Source: Cycas panzhihuaensis (lineage: Eukaryota > Plantae > Cycadophyta). Taken from it: 64,000 nucleotides of DNA. Below are positions 38,565 through 51,188 of this stretch, in pieces. The stretch lies in contig CM041465.1 in assembly GCA_023213395.1 (NCBI GenBank), positions 86,745,741-86,809,740 of the forward strand, written 5' to 3'. Made by a program: the position numbers and the translations under genes. The stretch's first letter is position 1. The number at the start of each line of letters is the position of its first letter. The notes under the pieces were generated by a model. That model did no database searches, was not told the DNA's origin, and saw nothing but the letters and a program-made list of their open reading frames with translations.

Positions 38565-40222
38565 CCTTCTCCTGCAAAGACTACCCTTCACTTTTCCTAT
38601 TCACATGTAAACCTAATCTTCGTCTTTTCTCGACCTAAGCTCGGTTTTTTATTTTAAATTATTTTACCAATTCAGGGTGTCCACGACTTTACGTTTCTAA
38701 GTTTGTTTAGTTTGTCAAAAGTAAACATGTACAACATGTATAGTCGGTGGAGTGGTACGATTTTAAAGGTGAAGGAAGCATTAGATGTGATTAAACCATT
38801 CCTTAAATTTAAATGCGTGTTCAACACATTCGCCCCCAAATGTCTCCCTGTTCAAAACATTTACAAAAGCACAAGATACATATGAAAGACTAGTAAATGA
38901 ATTCTTTATATAATAAAGATATGTTCATGGAACTTTTCAATTTAGAGTTTTAAAAAAATACAAATATGTACTAAAAATAAGGTGTAGGAGGTGGTTGTTA
39001 TGGCATGTAGCTTGAATGAAACCATTTTTAAGTGACCATAACATGTTGCATGCAAATTTAAAGAGTGTTTCTCCATTTTAATCTATATTTATTGAATTTG
39101 TGCTAAGTAATTGTCATGATACATTATTATATTAATGTGAGTTATGGTTTAAAAAATGGGGTTTTACATTATCAATTCTTATAAGAGAATAAAGAAAATA
39201 TATAATTATTAAGAGAGTATAAATTTATATTAATATAATTGTAACTAATACTAGAGAATATAATGTAATACCATAAAATTTTGGTTGTTGTGCATGAGGC
39301 ACCAAGCTAAATCTTTTGTTGTAAGGTAGTTCATCTAATGTTGTAGTAATGCCCTACACTTTTCTTTTGCCTTTATGGAGGAATGGAGAATTTCTCAGAG
39401 CATAAAAGTCTTAAAAGGAGTGTGGTTTAGCCATATTCTAGGGTGGAATGACCTTTCCCCAAGATATCGTATTGGTGTTAATGACTGATATCAATTGGTT
39501 CTTGAGGTTATTAGGTGGTTTAAAGTTTTAAGAGACCATACAAAGGTTGTGATGCTTAGTGTTAGTGCTTTGGCTTCAAAGCTTCCACCCAAAATTAGGT
39601 TCATGGCCTTGTTATCTATTCAAGTTAGAGGATCGTGGTCCAAATGGAACATGGATTTAAAGCTAGGGTTGTGCACTCTTACACCAACATTGCTTAGGGG
39701 TGGGCTTTGTTATCTTTATATTCCTTCCTTGGGATCGAGTTGTGGGTCTACTTGGCTTGGCTTCTACTTATAAAATCCTAGTGGGTAGAGTCCTCTCTTT
39801 GCCACTTAGGGCTTTTCCTCTTAAGATTAAATTTTGCGCCTAGCTTGCTTGTCTCTAAAGAGTCTGGTGGAGGAGTTTTAAGGTGTTGAGTGGCTATTTT
39901 TTTACCATAATAGCTTATGGATTACTATGAAAAGATGCATGGTATTGAATGAATATTTTTTTTTATTTATGGTTCTCTTATGGTGATTTTGATTTTGACT
40001 ATTAGTGATTTTTAGTGATTGTGTGGTGGTTTTATCAAGTTATGTGTGGTACTTAGTGCCATGGTGTGGTGGCAAATCTTATGGGGCTGGGTGAGTTCCT
40101 TAGATGATAAGCATAACTAACTAGGTTTAGCTTTGTCCCTTAGTAAAAGTAAGTCCCTTACTGCTTAGATATGGCTATTCAGGGTTTGTGCTCTTCTTTA
40201 GCTATTAATGAAAGCGAGTCTC

Positions 40223-42995
40223 TATTATAGGCCAAACCCTATAACCACAATAATAAGAGAGCAAAGCAAGAAGATTACTAGAAGATGAAAAAACCACCAA
40301 AAAGAGAACCAAAAGGGGCATGGAAGTGAACCCTAATAGATTATATTCAGAACATATGAAGATACCTTATATAAGATGGGGGCATTACATTTATAAGAGG
40401 ACCACCCTATTCTATCGCTAATTTACCTAATCCTATATTTCTATTATTATTAAATACTCATAACTTATCCTTCTTAACCCTTAACCTCCTAACATATTGC
40501 ATGTGGTATAGGACCATTACATACCCTCTCCCCTTAGATGCTTTGCCCTCAAAGCATTCTAATACCAAAAATAGATGTATCTACCACGTGTCGCTGCTAA
40601 TATGTCATAGGTAGTGGTTTAATCAAGGTGATGATAAGCAAATACTATTATTATAGATATTGTTATTGAGAAAAGATGCATAAGTCCATGTAGATAGTGA
40701 TGTGGTCTTAAAAAGAGTGACTCCTTCATTTGACTATAAGTACCAAATAAATGTAGGCCCATGGTGTAGTAATATAAGAACCCACAAAAATAAGAATCTA
40801 GATGCTCTTGCAACCTAAATGATGATGGAGTTAACTTGATGTTTATACTTTCAAGTAAAGAGATTTCATCATGTAGATTCAAAGTAAAAGTTATCTCATC
40901 TTCTTTTGCTTCCTCTTATTTTGCATCTCCTTCTAGATGGATTCTTTGGTTAGGAATGAGTGCTTCAATATATTGATGAAGTACAAAAATGAAGAGGTCC
41001 AAATTTAGCCTATAGGTATTTTAGCACCACTCTCATGCCCACGATTAAAGGGACCTTCTAATTGTTGAATACCCAAGCAAAGCTTGTGATATTTCGTCAA
41101 GTCAAGTTCTTCAAAGTATGTAAGCATAGATGCAAGCTAGTCATAAAAAATGATAAAATCATTAAGATTAAAATAAGATAGCTTAATCCCACTTTCTTTG
41201 TCATTGAAGTGATCATGGTCTTGCACATCTTTTTTTGTGGAAGCTTTAATAGCTAGGGAAGCTCTTGTTTCCCTTTAAAGTTCTATTTTGAATGATGCCT
41301 AATCTGGCTTTGGGTGTAAGAGACACCATTACCAAGTTGTTCAACGAAGGTCCCATTGCAAGAATGCCATAACAAATATGATCTTAGCATAGTCCTACTT
41401 AAAGTAATAAACTATAGAGTAATCTTTAAAGAATTCTTCAACAGTGGCAACCCAGTAGTAAAGTTGAATGTAGTCATCCATCCCAAGGTAAGTGAGCTCG
41501 AGGCCATCATTGTAGTAAAAAAATAATTGTTCATAGACATAGTACTAAACAAGAAAACCCTTTTTTTCATAGGATGTAAGTGAATTCCTATAAGCCCTTA
41601 AGTCCATTTGTCTTCTTCTTTTTTTTTCTCCTGAGGAGACGTCTATAGCTAGTTAGCCCCTTGAATATTGTAGCCTTAAGAGTGATAACATGCAAGCTAA
41701 AGTTTAATCTGCTAAAAAAATTATAAAAATTACATTAAAAAAATGGCGCATAGCCATAAAACTTGGCTTCAAACATTGCATTACTATCTACTATAAAAAA
41801 TGTCCAAAGTATGTCATATCATAGTCTAAATTAAAGCCCTCAAAGTAAAGAATTCAAGGGAATAAACGACACCTCAACCCGACACCCTAGTAAAAATTTA
41901 TAGAGGAAATACTGACAGTAGGTCATGAAAAAATAAAAATTAGGCCATAAGCCCCTTTTATAAATGCTATTAGTCACTTCATATAACCAATTTAAGGGGC
42001 ATGTGGACTTCATACCACTTTCTAAAATTCTTTAATATGATAATCTAATGTTAAAAAATATTAGAATATGAAAAATTTAATTTCATTATTGGATTTTAAC
42101 ATTGCACATCATGCACTTACGGTGACTCCCATGCATATTCTAAGCATTAAAAAGATCTAAAAACCACATGACTAAGGTTTTTTACTCTTATGAATCCAAT
42201 GGCAACATTTGTTTTTGTAGAAAATGACCATAGAATAAGAAAAATATAGTTGGTAGGTGCCCAATACTTGCCAAAATTACCCAACAAGCTGCCAAAACCA
42301 CCCAACACATTGCCAGGGTTTAAAACTGAACTCTCAGGTCTCTATAAGCAATTATAAAGTTGCAACACCTTCATTAATGACTATAATCATGCTTGGAGAG
42401 ACAAAACAATAGTTGGGAGACATCCAACCATCATTTGAAGCTATTGAACCCTAGATTAAGTGCCCAACAATGATGTGCACCTTATAACAAACAAGCAGAT
42501 CACAAAACTAGTGCCCAACATTGTTTGACAACTCAGATCTGCCATGAAATAGTCCACACAAGTAATTTAACAATATACAACCACAACCATTTATCTTCAC
42601 ACCTCTATATTTTTCTCCAGATTATAAATGGAAGGAATTTCATCACCTAAACTTGGTTGCATCATAACTTCATTGCCTAACAACCCCACAACTTAATGTT
42701 TATCACATGTAATAATATGCCAATAGGCATAACAATGACCTAGCTACAAAATAGGTTTCAAACCAACAACATAATTTTAAAAAACACTAAATAAGCTCAC
42801 TACACATCGAACCTTATGGCTCTAATACCACTTGTTACATGCCAAACCTTATAACCACAATAATAAGAGAGCAAAGTACGAAGATTACTAGAAGACGGAA
42901 AGACCACCAAAAAGAGAACCAAAAGGGACACCAAAGTGAACCTTAATAGATTATATTCAAAGCATATAAAGATACCTTATATAAGATGGGGTGTC
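40223..42995 (-). mobile_element. Non-autonomous gypsy (chromovirus-like) LTR element
   Basis: 3' LTR 40223-40521 after PPT AAGGGGAGAGGGTA; partial 5' LTR 42833-~42995 matches it; PBS TGGTATTAGAGC 42819-42830; very decayed gag-like interior. Confidence 0.75.
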
Positions 42996-43780
42996 CATGT
43001 TTAAGGAGGTTATTAATGAGTTGTGGTAATAGGTGCTTAGTAATTGATAATTTGATATTGAAGTCAAGCATGACTTGAATTAAACTTATGAGATGAAGGT
43101 GTTGTTTATACAATTGCTAGTTCATATGTGGTAATTAAGTTAAGATTGTTGTAGTGGTGGCCAAGCATTTTAATTAGTATTTAAATTAGTCATGGCTCAT
43201 AATTAGTAGTGGTGGTACATTGGATCTATGGTGATAGTGTTAGATTACCATGCTTCTAATTTTGTGGAGAGTCATATTGGTAGCCTACTCAGCTCGTATA
43301 GTTTTGACATGTACTAATCATGACCCTTATGGTTGGATGATGGTTAGTGTTTCTTAGATATGGACCAGCTTATATTGATTTAAGTGGATTGACCTTTCAT
43401 TTACATTACTATAAAGGATCAATTTATGTTATCTAATTAGTAATATCTAACCAACGACATTAATGTTGACTTTGTTTTATTATTTATGATCAAATTAATA
43501 TTAATATTCTTACATGATTTAGTGGTAGGTATGATAACTTCTTTATTGTAAATCAATAGAAGAGTATATCTTTATTTGGTCAACAATTGTAACTTTAATA
43601 GTGATCAATATTACCTTTTATAAGTGAAGGATCATTATTTGGCATTATCATTATTGAGTTTATCAAAGGTTAGCACATGGATTACATATATTTATTTGGT
43701 GTTATTTATGAATATTTGACCATTTTAGAAGTATAATATACTTAGTCAATCTAGAGTAATCGTTAGGTTGGCAAATGTCA

Positions 43781-44230
43781 TTTTTTTTTTTTGATAAGAT
43801 AAAATTGAATTATGAGTGGGTCTGAAATAGGATCCCACAACCTACTACATTAATATGCTTTAGGTTTCCAAGTCAAAGATGACCGTGACATCCCCATGGT
43901 CTAGGTAGAAGAATTAGATTGCCAGGACAAGCCCCTCGGCTAGCTACTTCGGACCATTTCCTTCTCTACCAGAACCATAAGATCCCCAGGAAAGTCATGC
44001 CTCCACACAACGCCTTCCTTATGCCTCACCCCCCAGTTTACCAAAAAGTCAGTAACTTTATTATCTTCTCTCAGTGTGTGTCTTATACAGACTTGTTCTA
44101 GTCCCTTAATACTCTCCTTCGCGTCATTAATTATGGATTGGAATCTCTAGTCTGGGAGGGCCACATATTTCAGTGAATTTATGACCACCTCTGAGTCTCC
44201 CTCAATTACCAGTCATTGAATGCCTCCTTC
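43781..44230 (-). mobile_element. 5'-truncated LINE (RNase H-like C-terminus, poly(A), 16-bp TSD)
   Basis: VIEGDSEVVINSL..HTLREDNKVTDFLV; poly(T) at 43781-43792; TSD AGGTTGGCAAATGTCA (43765-43780) / AGGTTGGCCAATGTCA (44231-44246). Confidence 0.85.
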
Positions 44231-44492
44231 AGGTTGGCCAATGTCAATTTGACCTATACTATACATAAACATTTAACTCTTCTAGAGATTGTGGCAACCT
44301 TAGCTCAGCCTAAAATAATTAATGGGTTGGCAATGGCATTTAAATTAGTGACCTACTAGGAATTAGTACACTAATATGCTTTGCCAATACTTATGATTAA
44401 TGGTTAGATAATGATTTAGTTAGTTTAGTAGCACTCTAGTCTATCGAGATCAACTAATTTTGGTTAATGAAAAGCCATTAGAATAATGCCCA

Positions 44493-44945
44493 TGTTAGGG
44501 CTCATATCTGCCTTGGGTTGATTACCTACATTGGGGTGATAACCTAAGATTGGCAGAAATATTTTGATAACTCTACATTAGATCCTAATCACATTTCGCC
44601 ATACTTTATCAGATTTTAGAGATAACTTATCTAGCATTTGTCAATGCCAGTCAATGGTGCACTTTGAGTGGTGTGCCACATCCCACTCAAGTCCTACTTA
44701 TTTATTCATGGGGTCTAAAGATCCTTGTGTTCATCAACACCACCACTCTTATAGGTTGATGGTTAACTCATTCTACATTCTCATTCTATTCCCTTTATTC
44801 CTTGATTCCATCATTTAGTATTAGAGCTCTATTCAAGCATTTAGAGTCATCTTCCCAGGTTGTAGAAGCCATCATTCAGAATCCAAGTTAGATATTAAGC
44901 CCTCAAAGCCATGTTTTAAGGGCTTTATACTCCCTTCAAATAAAC
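44493..44945 (+). mobile_element. Truncated LTR element (LTR 44493-44813 plus PBS-like 44816-44827)
   Basis: TGTTAGGG...CCATCA followed by TT and TAGTATTAGAGC. Confidence 0.55.
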
Positions 44946-46832
44946 CTTTGGAAGCCCAAGGGAAGCACGGAGGAGGAAGAGGTAGGGAGAGAAGGGGGCT
45001 ACCCTTGAGGAGAAGGCTCGCTGGGTACAGAACCCGCCTTTGCTTTGGAAGGCTCACTCCCCTTGGAAGCCTCTTCCTCACTACCTCCTTGGAGAAACCA
45101 GGGAAGAGCTGGAAGGAAATAGTGAGCAAATAAGAAAGAGAGGGTTTGCCTCCCATTTACAATAGAAAAAACTAAAGAAAGAAAGTGTAGAAAGTATACA
45201 AACAACTTTTACAAAAATTTAAAAGAGGGAAAGTAAAGTAAAATAAAGGATGATGAGTACCTACTATGGATAGATCAGTGGTAGATCTGCCTGGAAAATA
45301 AGAGAGAAAGGTAGGCCTTATGGGGTTTACAAGTGAAACCCCAAAGGAGCAACAAACTGAAGACAAAACTAGAATAAGATAAAAGATCTATACTTGACAG
45401 AGTACTTGGAGTGTGTCCTTCCTTTAGTTAGCCACGTTGCGGGCACCTCTTTGCGGATCTGGTCGCTAGAGGATTGGCATCAGGCTGGAAAGTTAATGTA
45501 TTAGGTCTGTATTGTTACAGAGCATTTATGTAGAAAGGTTTCAAGAGTGAGTAAGAGAGAGAGTTTTGTTTTTTAGAGTGGAAGAGGAAGAAATGAGGGC
45601 GTTTTTAGGTTTTTAAACCCAACCTTAGCTCAATTGAGTTATTAGGATTCAACTTGGGCCAGGAATACGTCTCTGCCACATGGTAATTTTACAATAAATG
45701 CAAAATTAGCCATAGTAGATTTTAAAAAATAATGTGTAATAGTCACCCCATGGTAAACTTCACAATACCACGAAGTTTATAGCGGTACCACGATCTTTAT
45801 CGTGGTGCGGTAGAAACATAAGAAAAAGGAAGCTTGGGAGCCCAGAAAAAGGGGTTACTTCAAGCCTAGAGGGACATGGCATTCTGTCCAGGTGGTAGGG
45901 GACAGTCATGGGACCAAAGAAACCTACGATAGGCAAAATACCAAAGGCAAGGAGCTCCCAAAAAGCTAATAAATAAATGAGGAGACACCAACCATGCATA
46001 GGTAAGGTGCTAAAGGTTGAAGTGTGCTAATGGGTGATGTGATTAGGTTACAGGGGCAAGCTGGTACTTGGGCATAATGTGGAGACATGGAGGAGGGTTG
46101 TGGAGTGCCATGGGATGCATATCCCTAAATCGTCATAAGTTAAAGTGGTATAATGCAACATAATCAAGCAACAAATGCATAATGGTCATGCAATGAACCA
46201 AACAATCATGTAATGTAAAAAAAATGCTTTAATTTACCTTTCTTAAAATTAACAAAGGTAAGGGATAGAAATATACCTGTACTTACCTGAGTCGACTTGC
46301 TTATGTCCATTCCTAGTAGCCGAGAAACACTACCCCCTTGGCAGTAGAGCCTCACTGCTCGGAAGTATAACGTGATAGCAAATACTGGCAACAAAATGTC
46401 AATAATGTATATATGTACAATAAATATGATAATGATATGAGCCAAGGGTGATAACAAGTGTCGTGGCAAGATGCATCGACAAGAAGATGAGAGAGAGACA
46501 ACATAGGGGATGCCTACGTATCACCCTGAGGTTGATGGGTACAGAAAACGGATGGGGGGATGCCCCCATCATATAAATGCAATACAAATAGTGGTGATGA
46601 TCCTGGACAGGATCAAATAGATGCTACAAATAGGACGTTATATACATAGGAGAACAAGGGAGATAAAGACTCTGTACTGGGGGCGGTACGAATGGTAAGG
46701 TGAGGAGAACAAACTTGGTGGTCACCATAGTTTAACCTCATTAGTGGTCAACTTTCAGAGGTATGAACAAATCGCAAGTTAGGAGAGTATGATGACCCAA
46801 AACCTATGTGCCAGAGTGATCAGATAGGTCCC

Positions 46833-47270
46833 TTAAGGAGGGCCATCAAGGAGGGGGAGGCGACACTCGAGGATGAGGTCAACGAGGTCGTCTACCTTAG
46901 CATTACGGTCTCGGGGGATATGATGGATATCAATAGAAGGGAAATATAATAAAAGAGACCTAGCGGTCGAGGCGAGGGCCCTTAAGTGTGGCAATGTACC
47001 TGGTAGACCTAGGTGAGGTGAGACACCACAACCTAAGAGTCGCAAAGGAGGATGATGAGTCCGAGGTGGAAGCAAAGCGTATCCATGAGGGCTGCAATAA
47101 CAACTATGTATTCAGCTTTGTTATTAGTGGCTTCAGGAAGGAAGACCCCGAAATATATGTACTCATATCCAGAGGAGTCGGAGAGGATCCACGTAGTGAT
47201 AGAAGAGCCTGGGTTGCCACGGCTTCCACCGTCGATAAAGATGAGAAAAGAGAAAACAACGACATGGTTG
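46833..47270 (-). pseudogene. aRH of element A
   Basis: IFIDGGSRGNPG..EATNNKAEY..LCDS*VVVSHL..IHHIPRDRNAKVDDLV (RNase HI D-E-D-D pattern). Confidence 0.88.
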
Positions 47271-48473
47271 ACGAGTAAAGAAAGGGACCAAAAAGAGGAG
47301 AAATAATTGTGAGATACTCATATGACTATGAATAAAGGTCGTAAAGGGTAGGAGGACCCAAGGAAGAGATTACCTAGGGATGAGGAGACCTACCTGGTAG
47401 ACGGGAGGAGATGTTAGTGAAAAAGGCTCCTTTGGGGTCCCAAAGGTTGCTAAATAAAGCAAAGCATGGTCCTGGGTGAGGGAGGCACTTTTCTTGGGAA
47501 CCCCAAAGGCTCAAATGGGTAGCGAAACTGGGTTCAAGATGATAGAATGAGCCAAATGAGTATAAACATGGGCATGTTTAGGACTGGTACAAAAATTGAG
47601 GTAGAAGGAGCCTCGCAAGAAACTGGAGGGGTCATCATAAATATTCCAAAGAGGTGGAAGTAGGAGGCCACGAAGGTGAAAGGGGGGATGGACCTAAAAG
47701 GCAAAGGTGGCATAGGGAAAGAGATGGTCACAAGGGCTATCATGGCAAGGTAAAAGGAGGAAGTACCTGTCGGGGCCCTAATCTATATAAGGAAAATTTG
47801 GTGAAAATAGAATTCATTTTCACAGGCTCACAATCAATCTGGAGCCCTTTTTCTTATGCAGTAAAGTGCCACCTAACTTCAGAGGCATGTAGAGAGAGAT
47901 TAGACCGTTGGATTAGATTGAGGAGACAGTTGATGGGATCAGAGCGATAAGATGGTCGTAGTGAAACCAAATCTAGTGAGTGGATCATCCCATACCCACT
48001 CCATTTCGTCACTTAAATTTAATGTGTTTTAATACTTTTTTAGAGTGATCCTTGGCCCCTTAAGGGCAAATTAGGACCTTCTAGAGCCTGATTTGGTCCC
48101 AGAGAGGGGGAGGACTAGGGTATTAGGTTGCCCTGGTTCTAGTGGGCCCGAGCAAGGTCTACTTAGACAAATTTTTTTTTTTTTTTTGGGCATTTCCCCC
48201 CCTTGCATGGGGGGTATGACTAGCCCTGCGACAAAATTCATGGTACCATAGAGTTTGCCATGGGGCTGCTAAGAGCACGCTGAAATCTCAATAGGGACCT
48301 AGTCAAACTCTATGGTACCGTAGAGTTTGATGTAGGATAGAGACAACCAAGCAGAAAAAAGAAGGAAAGGGGGCCAGAACAGCATCAAACTTAGCCCAAA
48401 GAGAGGGAGAAATAACCTAAGGGTAGGTAGGTAAATGCAGAGGTATTTTGACTGATTGTTGGGTGTTTTGCAG

Positions 48474-50420
48474 GCAGTTATCATGGTAGAAAACCACGAA
48501 AATATAGGGATGGCGATGATCAACTTTATTGAGATGATGCCTTAGGGAGATAGGCAGACTTTAGGGAGATGTGGATTATTAAAGATCATCAAGATGCCAC
48601 AGTATGCCTCGAACTAGCATCTCCTAGTTGTCATTGTCACCCATTAGGATTGTAGGTGGTATGTATTCCACCTCCTCCAAGTAGTGGACATCACTATCAC
48701 ACTAGGGGACATTCAGAGTATCCTGGGCATGCCAACGGGAGGAGCACTAGCATTACTAGGGGCATTGCCTAGCAATGATGTTGTACATAGGGAGGTATCC
48801 ATATATTTCACGGGCTAGGACGAGTGGGAGAGGCGTAGGATACCAGTTCAGACCATGGTTATATCACAGATTCCTCAGGTGAGGAAGTTGATTACATTGG
48901 GTATTCTATTCTAGATTTCCCAGAAACAGAACTACAGGGATATACGCAGTGGATGGATGGAGACAGTTAAGAGGTGTGAGGTCAGGGAGAGACTGGACTA
49001 GGCTACTCCAATAGCAACGAACATGGTTGCCCAACTATATGCTATCAAAGTGACAAGGAAAGGAAGATTCTCCTACAGTATGTTGATGCAGTGTTGGTTC
49101 TTTAATCACTTTGAGGCGGTAGCACCGCAAGAAGGACCACACCTCATCTTGGAATGGGCTCCCATAGTACATAGGTGGCAAACTCAGTTTAGGGGAATCG
49201 AGGACCAGGCTCACATCAGGCACTCAATGGAGGTGACATCACTAGACCTTTTTACCATGGTGGACTATACGGTAGATCCATATAGAGGGGTAAGGTGGGG
49301 TAGTGATGACGAGGTAGGAAGTGCCCCTGGAGACGGCGATGACGATGATGGTGGTGACAGAGGCGATGGGGCAGGCCCATCGGGAGTAGTAGGTGATGAG
49401 GCAGGTCCATCAGGGACCGTAGGAGGTGAGGCATGGCTCTCAAGAGTTGCAGGAGGAGAGGCAAGTCCATCAGGAGTTGTAAGGAGAGGTAGGCCACCTC
49501 ACACACTAGTGTAGAGACTAAGGGTGGTAGGCAAAGCTTTGGCAGTGGCAGCGGCATTAGTGATAAAGGGAGGAGGAGACATTCTGACAGGCTAGGCAAT
49601 AGGCGAGGTGGTAACCAAGGAGGAGGGGGTACCAACAGCCAAGGGAGGTCCCAAGGAGGAGATAATCGCCAAAACTGAGGAGTCGATTGTCCTAGGAGGT
49701 GAGACACTACCCTTTCTCATCACCCTACGACTATCAGGCATTTAGATAGTTTGCTTTGATTTAGTCTTGAGGTTTTGATATGCATATGGATATGTTGACT
49801 GATGCGTGATATGTTTGGCTTGGTAGGAGTAGCAGGGATGGCAAGGCTTATTAAGGTGATAGTCCGAGAGGTATTCCCCCAGGTCTACACGAAGGGGCAA
49901 CCTCCCATCCAGGTTGGAGAGGAACCACAATCGGTAGGGGCACATACCATGACATTCGCCTCACTAACTAGGGCTAGAGACATATGGGTAACAGAGTCCC
50001 AGGAGCACCAGGCAAGGATGGAACAGCTATAGGGAGAGTTGGACAGGACCCACAAGCAGAGAGACACCTTATGAGGTCGTGTCCAGGTAGTAGAGGCTCA
50101 GGGTAGAGGAGCAGATGGAGATGCAGAGGGCTATATTTGGATAGCCATGCTCGAGGAGCGACTCTGAGGAATAGAGGAGAGGCTCTAATGGGTCGAGGGA
50201 GAGAGGGATTGTGTCCAAGGGCGATACAATTAGTTGGTAGACTAGGTGGCATCAAGGTCATCGCAGAGCAGGACCCAGACATAGATGATAGTGGCGACCC
50301 TAAGGAGGCCTCAGGATGAGGGGATCGAGGCAGGGAGCTCCCAGCGGCGCAGGAGGAGCCTAAGAGGCATGTGATCTCTTGGGGAGAGATCATAGTGACC
50401 AGGAGATAACACTCCATGAG
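48474..50420 (+). pseudogene. Antisense spliced PMD gene of element A
   Basis: LLVVIVTH*DCRWYVFHL..ITITLGDIQSILGMP..LMQCWFFNHF; GPSG repeats; intron 49699-49826; coiled-coil-like next exon. Confidence 0.8.
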
Positions 50421-51188
50421 TAGAGGAGCGCCAGAGAGTAGGGTAGGATTAGTTTTGATTGGGAAAGCATCATACCTCTAGGGAGTCACCATATGTTACC
50501 ACATGATTGTACTCCTCCCTATAAGGATTCTAGCTTCCCATGAATGATGTCATGTATGATATATATGATATGATTCTTTATGTATATAGTGAGGGGCCAT
50601 TGGCATCCCATTTGATATATGATGATGCACTTTGTTGTATATTTTGTTTATATGTTTGTATGTATATAGATATAAGTGCACAAGTATGTGAAGGGTTATA
50701 TATGATGATGGTTTTGGCTTGTTGTTATATGGTTTTTGTTATTAGATCATATAGGTGATGCCTAGGCTTTTTTTCATGCAGGGCCATACTCATAGTGGGC
50801 ACACATGACCACCATGAGTGTAGGTGATAGGCACATATGAGGCTAAGAGATGGGGAGTCATACATGTCCATCAAAGGAGCATAGCGGGATATGCAAAAGA
50901 AGCATTGGCGAGAGAAAGTACAGGTACTCAAGTATGCAGTCCTAGTTGGGGTATGTTTTCAAACTTGGGAGTTGCACGAAACCATACACCCAACAAGAAA
51001 GAAGAGTTTCCCTTAGGAGGGAAGCACAAGGTATTACAAAAGAGGATAGAGAGATGAGAGAGCCACCCTAAACAAAAATTCCACCCATGGTTTGGGGGAA
51101 TAAAAATGCATTTAGAGTGGTAGTTTAGGCTCATTTCAGAGCAAGGAAAAAGAGGTGGTATGGCTAACCTATACAGGGGTAGAGGTAA

